A model generated the notes under the pieces. The model saw only the letters and a list, made by a program, of their open reading frames with translations. It made no database searches and was not told the DNA's origin. Position numbers and translations under genes: made by a program. DNA of 64,000 nucleotides from Raillietiella orientalis (Eukaryota): assembly GCA_036172245.1 (NCBI GenBank), contig JAYWIR010000003.1, positions 1,860,001 through 1,924,000 on the forward strand, in the 5' to 3' direction. This document shows positions 36,901 to 51,183 of this stretch, piece by piece; position 1 is the first letter of the stretch, and every line of letters begins with the position of its first letter.

Positions 36901-38715
36901 ATGATTCACCTGAATCAAGAGGGGGTCCTACGAGGGAGATGCAAGCCATGGGACTGCCAAAAGGAAGCCGAGGGTTCCAAAGTGGCCACTGAGATTCCTT
37001 AGTTCCGAAGAGAGAAATTTAAACAATTTTCTATCGGACAAAACTTATATCTCGAAGTGCAGTAGTTCAAGGTAATGGCTGGTGAAAAAAAAGGAAAAAT
37101 GGAAGGATTACAGCCGTATCAAAAGCATCACGAAAAGTATCGAAACTGGAGCGAAAGATGGATTTGAGGTCTCACCGGAGTGTTCACATTCTTTGTATGG
37201 TTGAAGTGCAGCAATATAAGTTGTAATCCCTCAATTATAAATTTCAAAAAATGAAAGGAAGAGTTCAATCACACAGAATTATCCACCAAGTCAAAGAGGA
37301 TACATTTCATAAGATCAACGGAGATTGCACTGGGTAGCTCCCCCCCTCTGTTAAAAGAATCAAAAACTAACTACTTTCGAGACTGATCTCAAGGTAGCGC
37401 TAAGGTTCCGATTTGAAGCGCAATCTGCATTAAGATGCGTATGGACTCGAAATCACAAATTGTCGGAAAAAGAAAAAAAAATCAGCAAAATTTTCGAAAA
37501 GAACGATCCTTCCATAGAAACTAATCTGGCGAAGATGAGCCCTCGCGGATGAACTTTAACAGAGAAAGCAATTGTGTCCAAGCTCAGAACATTTAGGTGA
37601 TAACTGAGAGCAGGATTTCCTTTCATGATCAAATTTGAGTTGCAGCAGAAAGCGTGGGTTTAGCATAACTGCCTGAAAGATAGCTCAGGGGAAATGCTGG
37701 TCACGTGTTTTTGTCGCCTACCTCTCACTAAACGACAGGACACATCATTTTACTCACCAAACATCGAAAGAAAGAAAATAGGAAACTGCGGAAGCTACAC
37801 AAACGCGACCATGGGAAAAACTGGAACAGTTCTTCAGCAGGCATAGCTTCTCGCTTCGTTGTTTGCAAATGGCACTCTTGACGCCTTCTTCTTCCGATAG
37901 CGACTTGGGGTCTTTGGTGAGCTCCTTAGGGCCTCTGGTAGCGACTGCGGCGTGTCATGCCCCAGATTGTGAAACCCAACACAGAGAAACTGGACCATGT
38001 GAGCGAGGAAGAAGAAGGACCTTCTCCTTTTTCTTCCTCTTCCTGACGAAACTTTCGCATGCCTCCTGCATCTTCCCAGTGCTGGATGCTTGCGATGCCG
38101 CGATCCAGCAAAGCGATGGTTGGCATCGCCCCTTCGTCTTCAGATGTCCAGCTGGCGTCTCGTTTGTCCTTTGCGAGGCACGCTGGCCGGAAATCTCGGA
38201 TCCTGATCATCCCCCCCGGAGGTGACGCCATCGAGGTTCCTTCCTATCGGTATTTCCTGACATTCCCACGAAAATTCCTTTCCACTTTCCCGCCGTGGGT
38301 CGGCTTGTACCTCACGAAGTCACCCTGCCTTCCTTCCAGCCTGCTCTTCACGTGCTCTTCGTCCTTGCGTTCTGCCCTGCCGAACGCGATCCTCTGCCTG
38401 CCGTTTCTCTTTCCCCCCGAGCTGATCTCCTCGCACGCGTACGCGGACTCACAAGAAGCCACCTGATGATGATTAATCTCTTTTTCCGTTCTCCCGGCTT
38501 CCCCAAAGCTCCACCGCCGCCTTCTGCGAATCTTCTGAGAGTCGAGCGGAAGCCTTCCCTTTCTGAGAACCCTGCTGCTGCGACTGGGAAGCGCGATTTT
38601 GCCTGTTGGATTCGACATGCGAGATCCGCTTGCTGCAGCGGGGACACAGGTAGGGTGCGGTGCAAGGATTGCACGGGTCCGCCCCCTCCTCCCAGACTCC
38701 GTCCAGGGTGGCACT

Positions 38716-38852
38716 CTTGGAAAGGGGTGGAACCTTGGATGGGATACAGACGTGGGGTGGCTGAATGAGGGGCAGTTCTTGGGAAGGGGTGGACTGCCCC
38801 CCATTCAGCCACCCAACGTCTGTCCCCATCCACCCTCCCACCCCTTCCCAAG
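38716..38852. repeat. ~60-bp-arm imperfect inverted repeat (foldback hairpin)
   Basis: CTTGGAAAGGGGTGG..GGATGGGATACAGACGTGGGGTGGCTGAATGAGGGGCAGT pairs with ACTGCCCCCCATTCAGCCACCCAACGTCTGTCCCCATCC..CCACCCCTTCCCAAG. Confidence 0.9.
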
Positions 38853-41800
38853 GACCGAAGCCTTCTGCGTTGAAGTCTTGGAGCCTCTTAGATTCCCGTA
38901 GCAGTTCAGAGCTTCGCATTTGTACGTAATGGCTTATGAAGTCCTATAAGGGGGTACCAGGAAAAATCGATTATCTGATTTGCAGCCAGCCTACTTCGAC
39001 TTCCAGGAACCGCTTTCGCTATATCTTGCCAGACGACTGTACAAAATGACTGCGGGTTATGTACATTTGTCGAATACGTACGATCTCTCCCATCTTTTCG
39101 CGACCAATTGGATGATTTTTCTTTTCCTTTTTCCCGTGCATCCTGGGCTTTGGGAGTAGCGGCCATGGCAACCAATGTGTACAGCTGCTGTACATTTGTT
39201 AAGACGCCTTGGTTTCACGCGCAGGCAAAACAGGTAATCAATTGCAGCGCTCCTCTGGGCTATTCGTCAGGATCTTCAGGGTTACTACAGAGTGTTTCTT
39301 GCGATGAAATCTCGTAAGAATATGGCGAAGAACTCAAGGAAAGTCGGTCTCGAGTGAAATCGGCAAAGAAACCACTTGAGAGGATTGTGGAACTCACCTT
39401 CCCAATTCGGGGAAGCAGGAGGTTCGTATATCCTAAAGATGGACGTCCTCGGCGGCAGGCAAAAAATCGGTGGCGGCGGCCGGACGGAACGCGTCCACCC
39501 AAGGAGCGTGGCTGGAAAACCGGTTGGAAGTTTCCAAGGAAAGGATGTTCATGGCCGAATGACCGCTTCTGCATCACCTGATGTGCAACGACAGGGGCTC
39601 TCGGAACGATCCAAAGTCAGAGGAGTGTAAGTGGCGGAGAAGTGGACGCATTTTTGAACTCTCCCGAGTTCACGCCGAGGATGCCGCACGGACCGTCTGT
39701 GATTCGTGCTTCCTGGATCGCGCGTGAAGGGATGCGAAATGATGCTGCGAAGCCTTGGGGGATGCCGAGTGCGGCCGCATTTGCCTAACACCACTCACAG
39801 TGTGGCTAACGGTAGTGCCACAACGAACAACGTACGCGCCGTAGTGGGTAGATCAGAAGGCGCCAAGCGAGTGGGACCGGCAGACTTCAGCAACCGGTCA
39901 ACAGAATCCCTTTGATCCAGGGATGGGAGCGTGGAAATTTGTCGTGGGCTGTGCTAGAAAGGGCAATTGCCCAGGGACGCAAACCGAACCGGTTCTTGGT
40001 CTCTGCACTGTGGATCCAGCCCCTCCCGAATCCAGGTGACGGCTCCGGAGCACAGTTTGACGCGCGAGATCTTGGCGTGCTGCTGCTACGCTGTACGGAG
40101 CCGCCCAAAGGTGAATTTCGTATCGCTATCTACCGCAGCCACCGGAATCATAAAGTTTGCGCACTCAGATGTGGTCCAGGACTTGGAAGACCGCAGTCCG
40201 TCTGTCCCCCAGCCTGGGTCGGGGAAGCCACGCAGCACTCGTGCCACGTAGCGGTCGGTGCTCCCCAGCTCTGCAGGGTCACGACAGTAACATCCTTCTT
40301 CTCTTCTTCCAGAGTGAGGTGATTCCATTTTCGGAATATCACAAGGTCCGATTTTCTAAATGAGGACGACTGCTCCACCAGCTGGTTGGCACGTTTTAAA
40401 AACAAGAAGAAATGAGAGAATTGGGTTCTTAAAGTTTAATTGGTAAAGTTTTTAAAATAGCGGGTTACATGATCTCACTTTGCTAGAAAGTTCTTCTCTC
40501 CAGCAGGAGTCTGATGGCCTGCCTTCTCCTCGAGATAAAAGAGGGTTTATGGAAAGTCGTGATCTCCAAAATCACTGGCTGATGCTGATCCAACTTTAAA
40601 AAAATGCATCAGTCATCTCCCACCAATTCAAGGATTGATGGGTGGTGAGAGGAGCAAGCAAGAAGTCCTTGCGCATCAGGTCCACGTGTCTCGTGGTCCA
40701 GAGGCCACGACTAAGACTGGAACTCACAGGAGGGAGTGTTGAGGATTTCTGGTGCGTGCGTGTGCACGAGGAGGCATTCACAAGTGCACCGGGCGGCGGA
40801 ACAGCACGGATTATCCTGTAATCATCTCTTCTTGTCTAAGGAGGAACCTCCGGTCTGACGTGGATTATAAGCTCAGCGGAGGAATTCTGTGCTTCCGGAA
40901 CGTTCATCCGTTTGAAAATTGACTGGAGCTCGACTGCATTGAGAAAGATCGATGGGCAATCTATCACGCCCACACGCATTCTCGAAATTTGCTATTAGGA
41001 AACAAAAATAAAAAGTAAAGGACGGCGATTTTCATTTTCTGATGTATCGCACTTTTCGCCTGCTGAGAATCGGATTGTGATCTTTCGACCTTGTGTCGAT
41101 TCTGCTTGTCTTTTCCCACAATGCAGCAGCCAGCCTCGGTCGCCTAAACTTACCAGCACTGCCTGATCGCATAGAAGGCGGTGGTCCATTCTGCTTTTTC
41201 TTCCGAGGGTTGCGAACCCACGGAAGTCCGTAACAAGCAGCTCCCCTAGCATAATTACTGATTTCTGTTTCCGATAATTTCGCTAATTACGAGGCGCATT
41301 CCAAAAGTAAGGACGGATAGGATGTAACGAAGGAACAAATAAGAGATGAACAGAAACGTATTGGTGGTGCGAAACCCGTGCATCTCCATGTCATTTTTCT
41401 ACGTGGTCGCCATTCTTTTTCAAACGTGGAGCAAATTTTTCGAAACCCTCTGCAGGGAAGGAAAAAGACTTCCTGCGCTCTCCTGAAGGCCAATCGCGCA
41501 AACGGGGGAGGAGGAACGAAACTGGTCCTCCTCCTCTGGACCTCGGAGGTTTCCAAGCGTGCTTCGCGTGGAGCTCGATCTGAACCGAAACGTCGGAGCT
41601 TTCGCTTTCCTTCGCCGAAGGGACGGCTCGTGGAGCCATCCCTGAAACACTAAGGATGCCCGCGAAGGGCTCGACCGGGTCGAAGGCGTTTGAGGAAAAC
41701 TCTCGGTTGACGTAGGGGACTCTGATATTTATTTGAGTGAATTCAGCTGTCTCCTAGCGACTCTAGCAAGAGGAGGACGCTTTTCCTTCCCCCACCCCTT

Positions 41801-43064
41801 TCAAGATCTGAAACCACGCGAAGTCATCTGATCCACGGGGAGATTCTTAGAGACTGAAGGATTCCGGCAAAGAGGGAAAGAGTGGCATCCTGGGATCCGT
41901 GATGCCGGTGCGGGAAGGTAGCTGGACTGATCGAGGTGAAGAAGGTTTGTTACACTGCTCGAGGACTCCCGTAGTCCCGCAAGCAGATGTGGAACACCAG
42001 GGGTCTTTTCGCCGGTGCATACACCTTGTGCCGCCACTTCTTCCAAATTCAGAAATTTCGGCTTCTCCGCCAGAGGCAGTCGCATCGTCCTTGGCAGGAT
42101 CTGGAATTTCCTGAAGGTCACGATGGCATGCTGCAAAAAATTCCTGGAAGAGTTTTTTCGGCTTTTGGGCGGCATCTCTCCTTTAGCTGCATCGGCACTC
42201 GACAGCCGGTGGCTCGCCGGGCTTTCGGCTGTCCAGGGCTGGTCCACTCGTCTTCCGAGCCTCGTAAGCCAACTGAGGATGCACGACTCCAAGAGTGGTC
42301 GTCTCGTCTAGAATTCCTGCTGCACGCATCAGTCCGCGAGGCGTCCTAATCCGGGATGTAAAGAGGAACGGAACGGACGGTCGCTTTCCAGGGATCGGGA
42401 GTTCGTCTCGACGGAAGAGTCGCTCTTTCGGGGATGGCGTTCCGCAGGCAAGGGCGCGGCTCGCCCTTGTTCACTGAAGGACTGAACAAGATTTCGCAGG
42501 AACAGTCGCTCGAGGTCCGCCTGTTTGGTCCCGGTTCATCTCATCGCACCTGCAGGGCACTCAGAGCGACCTCTGGCAGGAAGTTTCGGTGGCACGGAAG
42601 AAACACGCGCGAGGCACTCCTAAAGAGCAACAGAAAAAAAAAAAAAAAGGGAAGAAGGAAAGAGAAACGACCTCGTTTTCCGACCCTCCATCTCAAGAGC
42701 ACGCTGAGAGAGAACCGGGTCGGCTGTTTTCTCCTCATTCGGAGAAGCTGCATCCGCACCAAGCGACCCTGGCAACTCTGGCTCTTCGAAGCTGAGGAGG
42801 CGAGAGGTTGCGAGCGTCAGGTCCGCGAGCGCTTCCGGATTTCCGCGGCCTCGATGGTTCCCTCCGATTGTTCCTTTCTTTTTCTTTTTTTTTTTTTTTT
42901 CAATTTCTCCACGATACACCAGGGAGAAGGATCAGCCGCGACTTGCCCGGGAAAGAGCAGGGAGAGGAGGCGCGCTCCTGCCGCTTCGCCGAGCCTCGAA
43001 AGCAGACGGGAAAAAGCGACTGGCGAAGTCGTGCAGCAGCGGAAGCTGCTCAGGCTCGAGGATG

Positions 43065-43070
<6 letters not shown>

Positions 43071-43107
<37 letters not shown>
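43071..43107. repeat. (TG)n microsatellite
   Basis: About 18 TG units, directly visible. Confidence 0.95.
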
Positions 43108-43110
<3 letters not shown>

Positions 43111-46100
43111 TCTTTTTCCTTTGTCGGAATTGACAGCGTCAGGGAGAGCGCAAAGCGGCGGAGGAAGGACTCGGTTCGCGCGCGAACAGACTTTTTCCCC
43201 TCTGGAGGGATTCATTTTGACTCTTGCAGGAGCTCGAGGGTGAAACATGGGGTTCGATCCCACCCTTTCGCCTGTTGGCTGGAGTGCTCCTCCGCTAGCT
43301 TCAGCCCAAACCGGGGAGCGGGAACGCCTGCTGCCTCTGGGTCTGCAAGCGGAGCGTCTGGAAGTTTTGGCACCCCACCTTGCTTTGGATGCGCACTCGG
43401 GCTGTTCTGTCGCAGGGGTATCGTCACGGCAATACGTAATATGTAAGCATAATATGTACCATCACGTCGATACGTAGTATGTGTTGATGTGAGAGGAGAA
43501 CTGCTGCTTACCGCCGTGAGCAAGCGGCGGCGTAGGATGGGCTGAGGGCGGGTTTTTCGAATTCTCCCATCACTTCTGGGAAAAGGAGGATCTCGACGTT
43601 ACCGTGACGGAGCGTCTTCTCTGTCGGGCCGCCGTGTGGTGCTCGCAGGTGTTTTCAGGGCTCAAATTCCAAGACGCCCGCGTTGGGATTTCGTGTCCCG
43701 AGGAGACGGAGACTGTGCCCGCAAGGGGGAGGAAACCTGAGGCCCGTGGTTCCTCGAGCGATCTCGTCGCAGCGTGTTCCCTCATCACGAAGAGCGCCCC
43801 CGGTGGCAGAGCGCCGCACGGTGCACGCGGGTCAGCTTGAAGAGAGGTGGGTGAGGAGCGGCGAGCAGTCAGGAGGTGCCAGAACACGAAACGCTCGCCG
43901 GAGGCAAGGTCGAGTGAGACACTTCCGAGATCAAGGAGGCATCGAACTGGGAAAAAGCAGGGGGCGCGAGCGCCGACGTCCCCTACCGTCGGTAAGACTC
44001 GAGCGGGTTTCGCTGGGTCCCGCGCAGTCTGCGGGCTGCGACGGCCGAGGTCGGCGCTGAAGGACGGGAAACCTCTGGGAAGAGGACACTTCTGGAACGG
44101 ATCGCCTCTGCGTTCACTCTGGTGGGCGTTCTCTCGAAGCAGGCGGAAGGCCTCACACGAGAACGACAGAGCGTGCGAGAGCGTGCTAAAGGCAACGGGT
44201 GACCACCATCCTCCGGGAAAGACGCCGAGGAGCAGCGACGTTGATGACGAAGACAACGACCACAAGGACGACAACAGCAATCGCACCAATGACGCCGATG
44301 GCGTCTCCGAAGCTCACCGACCCGTGAGTTTCGAAGGAAAACGCTTCGGCGTTAGTTTGTACGCCCCGTGCCTCCAGAAAGCAGGTTTTCCTTCTCTTCT
44401 TCTTTCCTCGGGGTTGGCACCTGGGCTTTCGGATCCATTTCCCTGGAGGCGGGACTGCACTCTTAAAGGGAGCACTTCCGTCGTAGCTCGCTGCTCTTAG
44501 GTTTCCGGGAGTTCCACCGTGCCCGCAGGGACGCGGCGAGCGCGGACAGTGCAGAATCGAGTCTTCCGGAGCCATGCGGACTGGACAGCGGACCGGACGG
44601 GACGCACAGTTCTCCCGATCCCGGAGGGAACACGGAAATCCTGGAGCGGGAAGCTCTCCCCTCCGGAAACGTTGAGCTTCGCCGGAGGCTCACCTCGCGG
44701 GCTTCAGGAACTTGCGGCTCTGCAGGGTCCGCGTGCTCCCGGCAGCACCTGGGTTGCCCCAACGCCTGACCGACTCACCACTCCTGCGGCGTCCCCTCCC
44801 CTAGCAGCCCTTCCGACACCGGCGGCGAACGAGTCCACCCTGCAGCCGTTGCGGCGTCGTATCAGCCCTGCGCCGGAAGTCGTGCCATGGTCTCCGGAGT
44901 CCGTGTGTCCCATCCGGGAAGGTTCCGGCTGCTGGACCGGTGGGATCGTTCCACAGCGGACGTTTCACAGCGCGGTGGACGTGCAGCTCGAGAGTGCTGG
45001 GGTGGGGGTGGGAGGAGAAGGGGAGATAAGCGGCTGCATCGTGGCTCACTCCCCGGGAAACGGGGAGCGGGTATCGAAGCGCGGTGGAACCCCTTTCTGC
45101 TGGGGCTACGGAGGAGAGACCCGCGCTCCCTCCCTCTCTTCCTCCTCCTGCTAGCGCGAACTCTCCAGTGAGATCGCAGACTTTGCGGTCCGCCATCGGG
45201 ATGTGGTCCGCCCTCTTCTGGACTGCACCCGTCAACCCCTTTCGGGCTCCCGACGCCCTAGTCAGCCTCGTCATGTCTATCTGCGTCTCTTGGCTCGCCT
45301 CGGAAGGCCGAAAAGTCCCACCCGTTCGGGTCCAGAGCAGTCTCCTTTCTGAGTCCAAGCTGAACCCGGGAGACGGGTGACCGGTGGACTAGAGAAGGGG
45401 GATCGTCCTCCTCGATCCACTTTGTCTCGGCTCTCGATCTGAGTGTCTCTCCCGTCGTGCCCCGCCATCGTTCCCGCGCGTTTCCACGGACGCGGCGGAT
45501 CCGTCCGCCCACGCCCATGAGGCCGGCGCTGCGCTCTCCTCCTCCTAAAGCAGCGGCAGGAACACCCGGTCCCTGTCCTCCCCCGACTGCAACGATGTCC
45601 GTTCGCTTGACCACGGCGGGGACGAGCCGGCATCCTCCGGCAAAAAAACGTTCCAAGCAACAGCAGTTCTCCAGCTTCCTTCCCGTCCCCCCCCACGCGG
45701 AAGTCTGCTCGAAGGTGGGGAAGGGCGGGCGGTCGCTACCCTCGCAAAATTCCTCGCCGGCGTCGCCATCGTCATCCTTCCCGTCATCGGCATCGGCATC
45801 TCCGTCGCAACCATCCTCTCCTGCTTGCATCTCCTCAGCGGTCCTCCTTCCTCCTGCCCTCAAACCCTCGTCGCAACCTCGAAGGTTGGTTTGTTCCACG
45901 CGAGATGCCGGGAGAAGCAGAGGACCTCCGGAAGCCTCAGCGAGTCCGAACTCGGACGAAGGAGCGCTCATCCCTTCCCCGCCGCTCCGTTCGCAGACTC
46001 CCTCGAGCTGCATTCCCTTCTTCTCCCCCCTCCCCCTCCGCTCCCACCCTCCCGATTTTATTTTTAGAACGAATCGGAGCTTCGGATGAAAACCAAGCAA

Positions 46101-49100
46101 GAGCGCGCGTCTCGCGCGCGGTTCGATCAGCGAGCACGGCAGCCACCGGACCCGTTCATCCTGGTTACGCGCTCAGGAGCGCGCGGGCCGTCGTCAGGAG
46201 GCGAGGGGTTGGGGGGGGGGGGAGGGGGGGACGGCGGCGTTTCGGTCGGAAGAGACGCTGCAGCAGACGCGTGGGGACGCGCTGCCTGTGCCGATGCTTT
46301 CCGTCCGCTCTTCCCATCGGGTGCAGAGCGTGCGAGACCCAGCGGGAGTTTCCCACTACCGACATTCCGGAACGGGATCACAGGAACCCCCGAGTCGGGG
46401 CGAAGAGCTAGAAGGGGAGGGAGGAGGGGGGGGGGGAGGGAGAGAGAGAGAAACAACAACAACAACGGCGGTAAGAAGGGGAAGAAGCAAAAGAAGGGGG
46501 AGGGGAGGCATCGTCGGCCGAGTAGCTCGGTCTGCAAGCGGGGATCACCGCGTCCTATACCGGAAGGCTGCGAGGGTGAAAACGATACCCCCCTCAGTTT
46601 GCGTCAGTGAGTATGCGTGTAAACGTCGTGTACCGTGGAGTGTATGGGCTCGTTTCCTCCCGCCGTCGTCGTCGCTGAAGAGAAGTCGCGCGCGCGCTCC
46701 CTGCCTTTGCAGGAAGCACGGTACATCCATTATGCAAATGATGCCGAAGGGAATTGATTCGACCACTCCTGGCATCTCGCGGGGAAAGGCAAAACTTTTG
46801 GTTCGTGGCGCTTCAAGCCGAGAGATGACGGAACTCCCGCTTCTTTGAAAGCGAGGAAAAATAGTACAGGAACGAGGCTCAGCAGAGAGGGGTTTCCCAG
46901 GGAAACGGGAAGCTGGATGCAGAGGCACCGTCATCTTCGAAAAATCGGTCCTGGAAACTGCGGGTGATCAGAGTGTGTCGGATCCTCCCGGTGCTCCCTC
47001 CGGCGTTTCTCCGCGCAGGTGGTGTTGGTGGTGGTGGTGGTGGTAGTGGTGGCAGCGGCAAGAGCTGCATTGCCCGGGGGAGCGGTCGGGAGATTTCCCT
47101 GTGGCTTCTTCCGGGAACGGAGATGCCTCTCGTATGAGGGAACCCGGATGCAGCGGGAGGTAGGTGCTGGTTCCCCGGTAACGCAAGCTTTCTCCTCCGT
47201 ATATGCAGTGCGGCGTTCCGACCGCCATCTCGTGGCACTCTTTCGGTCTCACCCCCTGGCTACGTGCATGCATGCGTGAGGAGGGTGAGGAAGAGGGGGG
47301 GAGAAAGGACAAGGGTTGCAGGTGGGGGGGATGATGCGCTCTTGCGGTCTCCGTGCAAGCGCCCCTGACAACGCGGGGGGTCTCCACGTGCGCTCAGGTG
47401 GACGAGAGCTGCGACGGAAATGGGCAGCGCGCGCGGGTGGGTGCGCCCGGCACGCTTTTCTCCTCAGCACGCAGGAGGGATGGGAGACGGGCCGCCGCCG
47501 GCTGGCGAGGGACTTCTCGCGGCTCTCCCCGTGGCGCACTTCCTGCGATCGATCTGGCGCCGCCGGCATCAAGCCAGGGTGCCCTGCTCTCGTAGGCCAG
47601 GAAAGGGGAGAGGAGGGAGTAGAGAAGAGGGAATTATCAAAGAAGGGAATAGCAACGTGGCGCGGCCGGGCGGTCCTCAGCGCCGCGGCTCAGCTGCGCA
47701 TGTCGTCCGGGTGCCGCCGTTCCTCTGGCAAAGCGGTCCAGCACGGAGGCTGCTCCCTTGTCACGCGGACAGAATGGGAGTCTCGTCCCTCCCCTAGTCC
47801 ACCAGGGATGTCGGGGATGGTTGGTTGGCTTCCCCTCCTCCCCTTTCGCCTGGATGGCAGGGCCGCTGCGTCCAGGATGGGCCGCCGCGCTCGCGTCCGC
47901 CCGCCCTCCTTTGCGATGGGAGCTCCGCTTCGGCTCTGAGGGGAGGCACACGGAAGGGTCCTGCTCTCTCCTTTCTTCCTGCGAGAGAGCGGTCTTCCGC
48001 TCGTCTACCGGTTCTCTCCGGAGGGTGCTCCTCATGACGGTCAGCGAGCCTGCGGCACGCGAGCAGGGCGTCAGTGGGTCCATCCTGGAGAGCTTCCCCC
48101 TTGACCTCGCGTGGGCCGCTCCTCCCCAGGAGAGGAGGGGCGGCGACGGCTAGCGACGGAATGCCCCCAGGGAGGGAGGGGCGCTCGCTCCAAGGCCGTT
48201 GCTAAGCGACAGGCTCGTCAGGCGCTTTCGCTGCTCGCGCCGTTTTCGCCGCCGCCGGGGCGGAGCGCGCGTGCCACGCGGGGGCGGCGCGAGAGGAGCA
48301 GGCAGGTGCCTCGCCCACCCCCGCTCTACGAGAGACCCTCTCGCCGCGGGGTGGCCGCGAGGAAAGCAGCTAACCGCTCCCGCAGGTGAGGCACGGGCGC
48401 GCGCAGTGTCTCCAGGGCAACCGACGGGGGCGCGTGGGCAAAAGCCGCGCATGTTCGCCGGGAGGCTCCAGGACTGCCGCTGCCCTGAACAACCCTTCCT
48501 TGCCCTTCTCTTCTCTTGGAAGAAGGAGAAGAGCTCACTTCCCCGCACCCCTATTCCACCCCGACCGTCCCCTTGGCGGCGAACGGGCCAGGAAGGTTAG
48601 ATCCCGGTCTTCCCAGGAAGCGGAGCACACTGTTCCCGTAGCCCCGGCACCACGGGGGCGGAGGAGAACCACTCCCCGCCCCGGGCGCGCGCGCTTCAGA
48701 GAAAGCGGACGACCGCCGCAGGGCACGCGGGGGCGGCGGCGCCTCCGAAGTGACCGCAGCCACATCGCCCGCCCACCCGCACGAGCCCCTCCCCCTCGGC
48801 GGGAGGAGGCGGGCTGGGGCCGCTCGGGAGGCACCACCACCAGTCAGTCGCTCGCGGCGCGCAGAGCCGAGCGAGTGCACGGTTTCCACGGTTACCCCAT
48901 CCCTCGGTCTCCCCGTCCTCCCCCGCCTCCGTCGTACGGCGCGGGAGCCGTTTCCCTCTCCTCGAGGAACAGGGACGTCCCCCCGACTCCGGATGGTCTT
49001 CCTGAAGCTGCCCCGTAAGTACCGCTCTTGGCTCTGCCGCGTCCGCGACGGGAGGGGCGGGGCTGAGGGACGGCCCCATGCTCTCGCCTTACCCGCGCAG

Positions 49101-50969
49101 CGAGGCATCCGGTCAGCGCATGCAGGCAGAGGCATCCAGGAAAAAGAAGGCCATGGTGGGAGAGCAGGAGGGGCAGGATGTGGGGCAGAGGAAGAGGAGG
49201 AGGAGGAATAAGGGAGGAAGTGAAAGGAAGGAGGGATAGGAGGAGGAAGCTAGGAGGCACCCGGCGGCGGCGGCTGCGAGAGACGCGGGCTGAATGAAGG
49301 CGACGAGAACGCACGGTGGCGGCGGCGCGTGCGCGCGACGCATGCGCCGCCACCTGCCTGCCCCCTCCGCTCCCGTCCGCCGCCGCCGATCGATTGGCGG
49401 CGCGTCTCCCGGCGAACGTGCGTCCGCGCGTTGCTTCCCTGGCCGGCCTTCGGTGTCTTCGTCGCACACTTGTCGGCGCCGCTGCTCCACCCCTCCCGGC
49501 AGTTTTCGTTCCCTCTCGCGGTCCCATCGCGGGGCCGGGAAGACCTCTCGGAGGTCTTCCCGGCCCGTCGAATGCTTCCGCTACAGGCGGACCGCCTGCC
49601 CACTCGCTCGCAGCGGCGACCCGCGTCCGGGAGACTCTAGGGCCACCCGTCTTCGCCTCGAACGCCGCGGTAACCTCCCCAAGGAAGGAACGCGCGGATG
49701 AGGCGACGCTGGGAAGCCGCGCTGACGGGAAGGACGTCTCCCTCCCGCTCTCCTTCCCGAGAGGATGAGGCAGTGCGAGTGCATCAGAGGGGAACTCCCC
49801 CACGATGTCGGCGGGAGGCCTCGGGAGCGGCAGCCGGGCCGACGGCCAGCATCCTCTCCCGTCCTCCCTCCTCCTCATCCACCGCCACCCATTGCTACCT
49901 TGCCTTCCATCCTGGAGGGTCCATCAGGTCCATTCCTCTGGAAGGAGACCGTTGCCCGGTTACCCTCTCGATGGCAGAGACTCTCGCCGCTGACCTTCAA
50001 GCGTAGGCCCGCGCATCGAGACGCGACCTTGTTCCGTCTTCCCCCGGGTCCCGTAGCGCACCTGCAGGGCTCTTTGCGCTTCCGGCGCGCACGAACCGCC
50101 AGTATCCTTGGAAACCGCTTCCGGGTCGGAGATGCGCGCGGGAGGTCGCACGGATGGTGGAGCGCAGCGATCCAAAGCGGAAGGAACACATCGGTACGAC
50201 CCCGAGAAACCTTCGTCCCCGTTGGGCGAAGGGGACGTAGGTTCCATCGTCTGCAGGACGATGACTGCCCTACCCCTTCAAACAAAGGTCATCTCGACCC
50301 GGAAAAAGGGCGAAGGGTCCAGGAGCAGGGAGAGGAGGAAGGATCGAGGTCTTTGGAACCACGAGATCCCGGAAGGTCGCGCCCCGGGGAACGCCAGCAG
50401 CAGCAGTGCCTTCCCATCGTAATCGCCCTCCTCCTCGGCCAACTCACCTACCGCTGAGTAGGACGGCGACTGAACGTCCCAGCGAGGCCGCCGCCAAGGA
50501 CGTCCCGCCCGCCCTCTTCTCCGCCGCCGCTTTTAGTCCCGTCGTTGGTGAGCTCTGCTCGCTATCCACCTGCCCTCAGGGGTCCCTCGGAAACGTCCTA
50601 CCCTTATTCCGCCTCTTGCAGACCCACATCCTTTCGCTCTGTAGCGTCAGGTGCGCGCTTAGGCCGACCTTCCCTTTCTGTCTCTCCCGCTGTCCGCGCC
50701 GCGGCACTGCGGGCGTCCGACCAGCAGTGTGCCATTCCCTGCCAGCCCTCGAAGCTCCAGCGCACCAGCACAAGAGTGGACATCCACTTTAGGAGGCATC
50801 CCGCAATCATGCTCGGCCCTCTGCCTCTTGTGCTGACCCCGGGCTGCAGCTCCAAGCGGAAACCCCTGCTTTCGCGATCGACATTGACGAGAGATCACGC
50901 CCCATAGGAAGCTGAAGAGGCTCTGGCGACCGGCAAACATGGTGCCTCACGGCCTACCGGCGTGCCCCT

Positions 50970-51183
50970 CGTCCTTTCTTCCTCCTCTTCCTGTCCTTCC
51001 CTCTTCCTCTTCTTCTCATTCTCTCTTCCTGTACCTCTCTTCCTCCTCTTCCTGTCCTTCCCTCTTCCTCTTCTTCTCATTCTCTCTTCCTGTACCTCTC
51101 TTCCTCCTTTCCTTTTCTTTCCTGCTCCTCTTCGCTTCCTCCTCCTTTCCTTCTCCTCTTTCCTTCCTTCCCTTCCTCCTTTA
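50970..51183 (+). repeat. Polypyrimidine tract containing a 61-bp tandem duplication (50977-51108)
   Basis: Unit TCTTCCTCCTCTTCCTGTCCTTCCCTCTTCCTCTTCTTCTCATTCTCTCTTCCTGTACCTC present twice plus a partial third. Confidence 0.9.

Noticed and set aside
35000..45400. Scattered exon-like segments (e.g. donors at ~41153 on - and ~44324 on +)
   Set aside because: Could not be chained into a supported gene or matched to a family.
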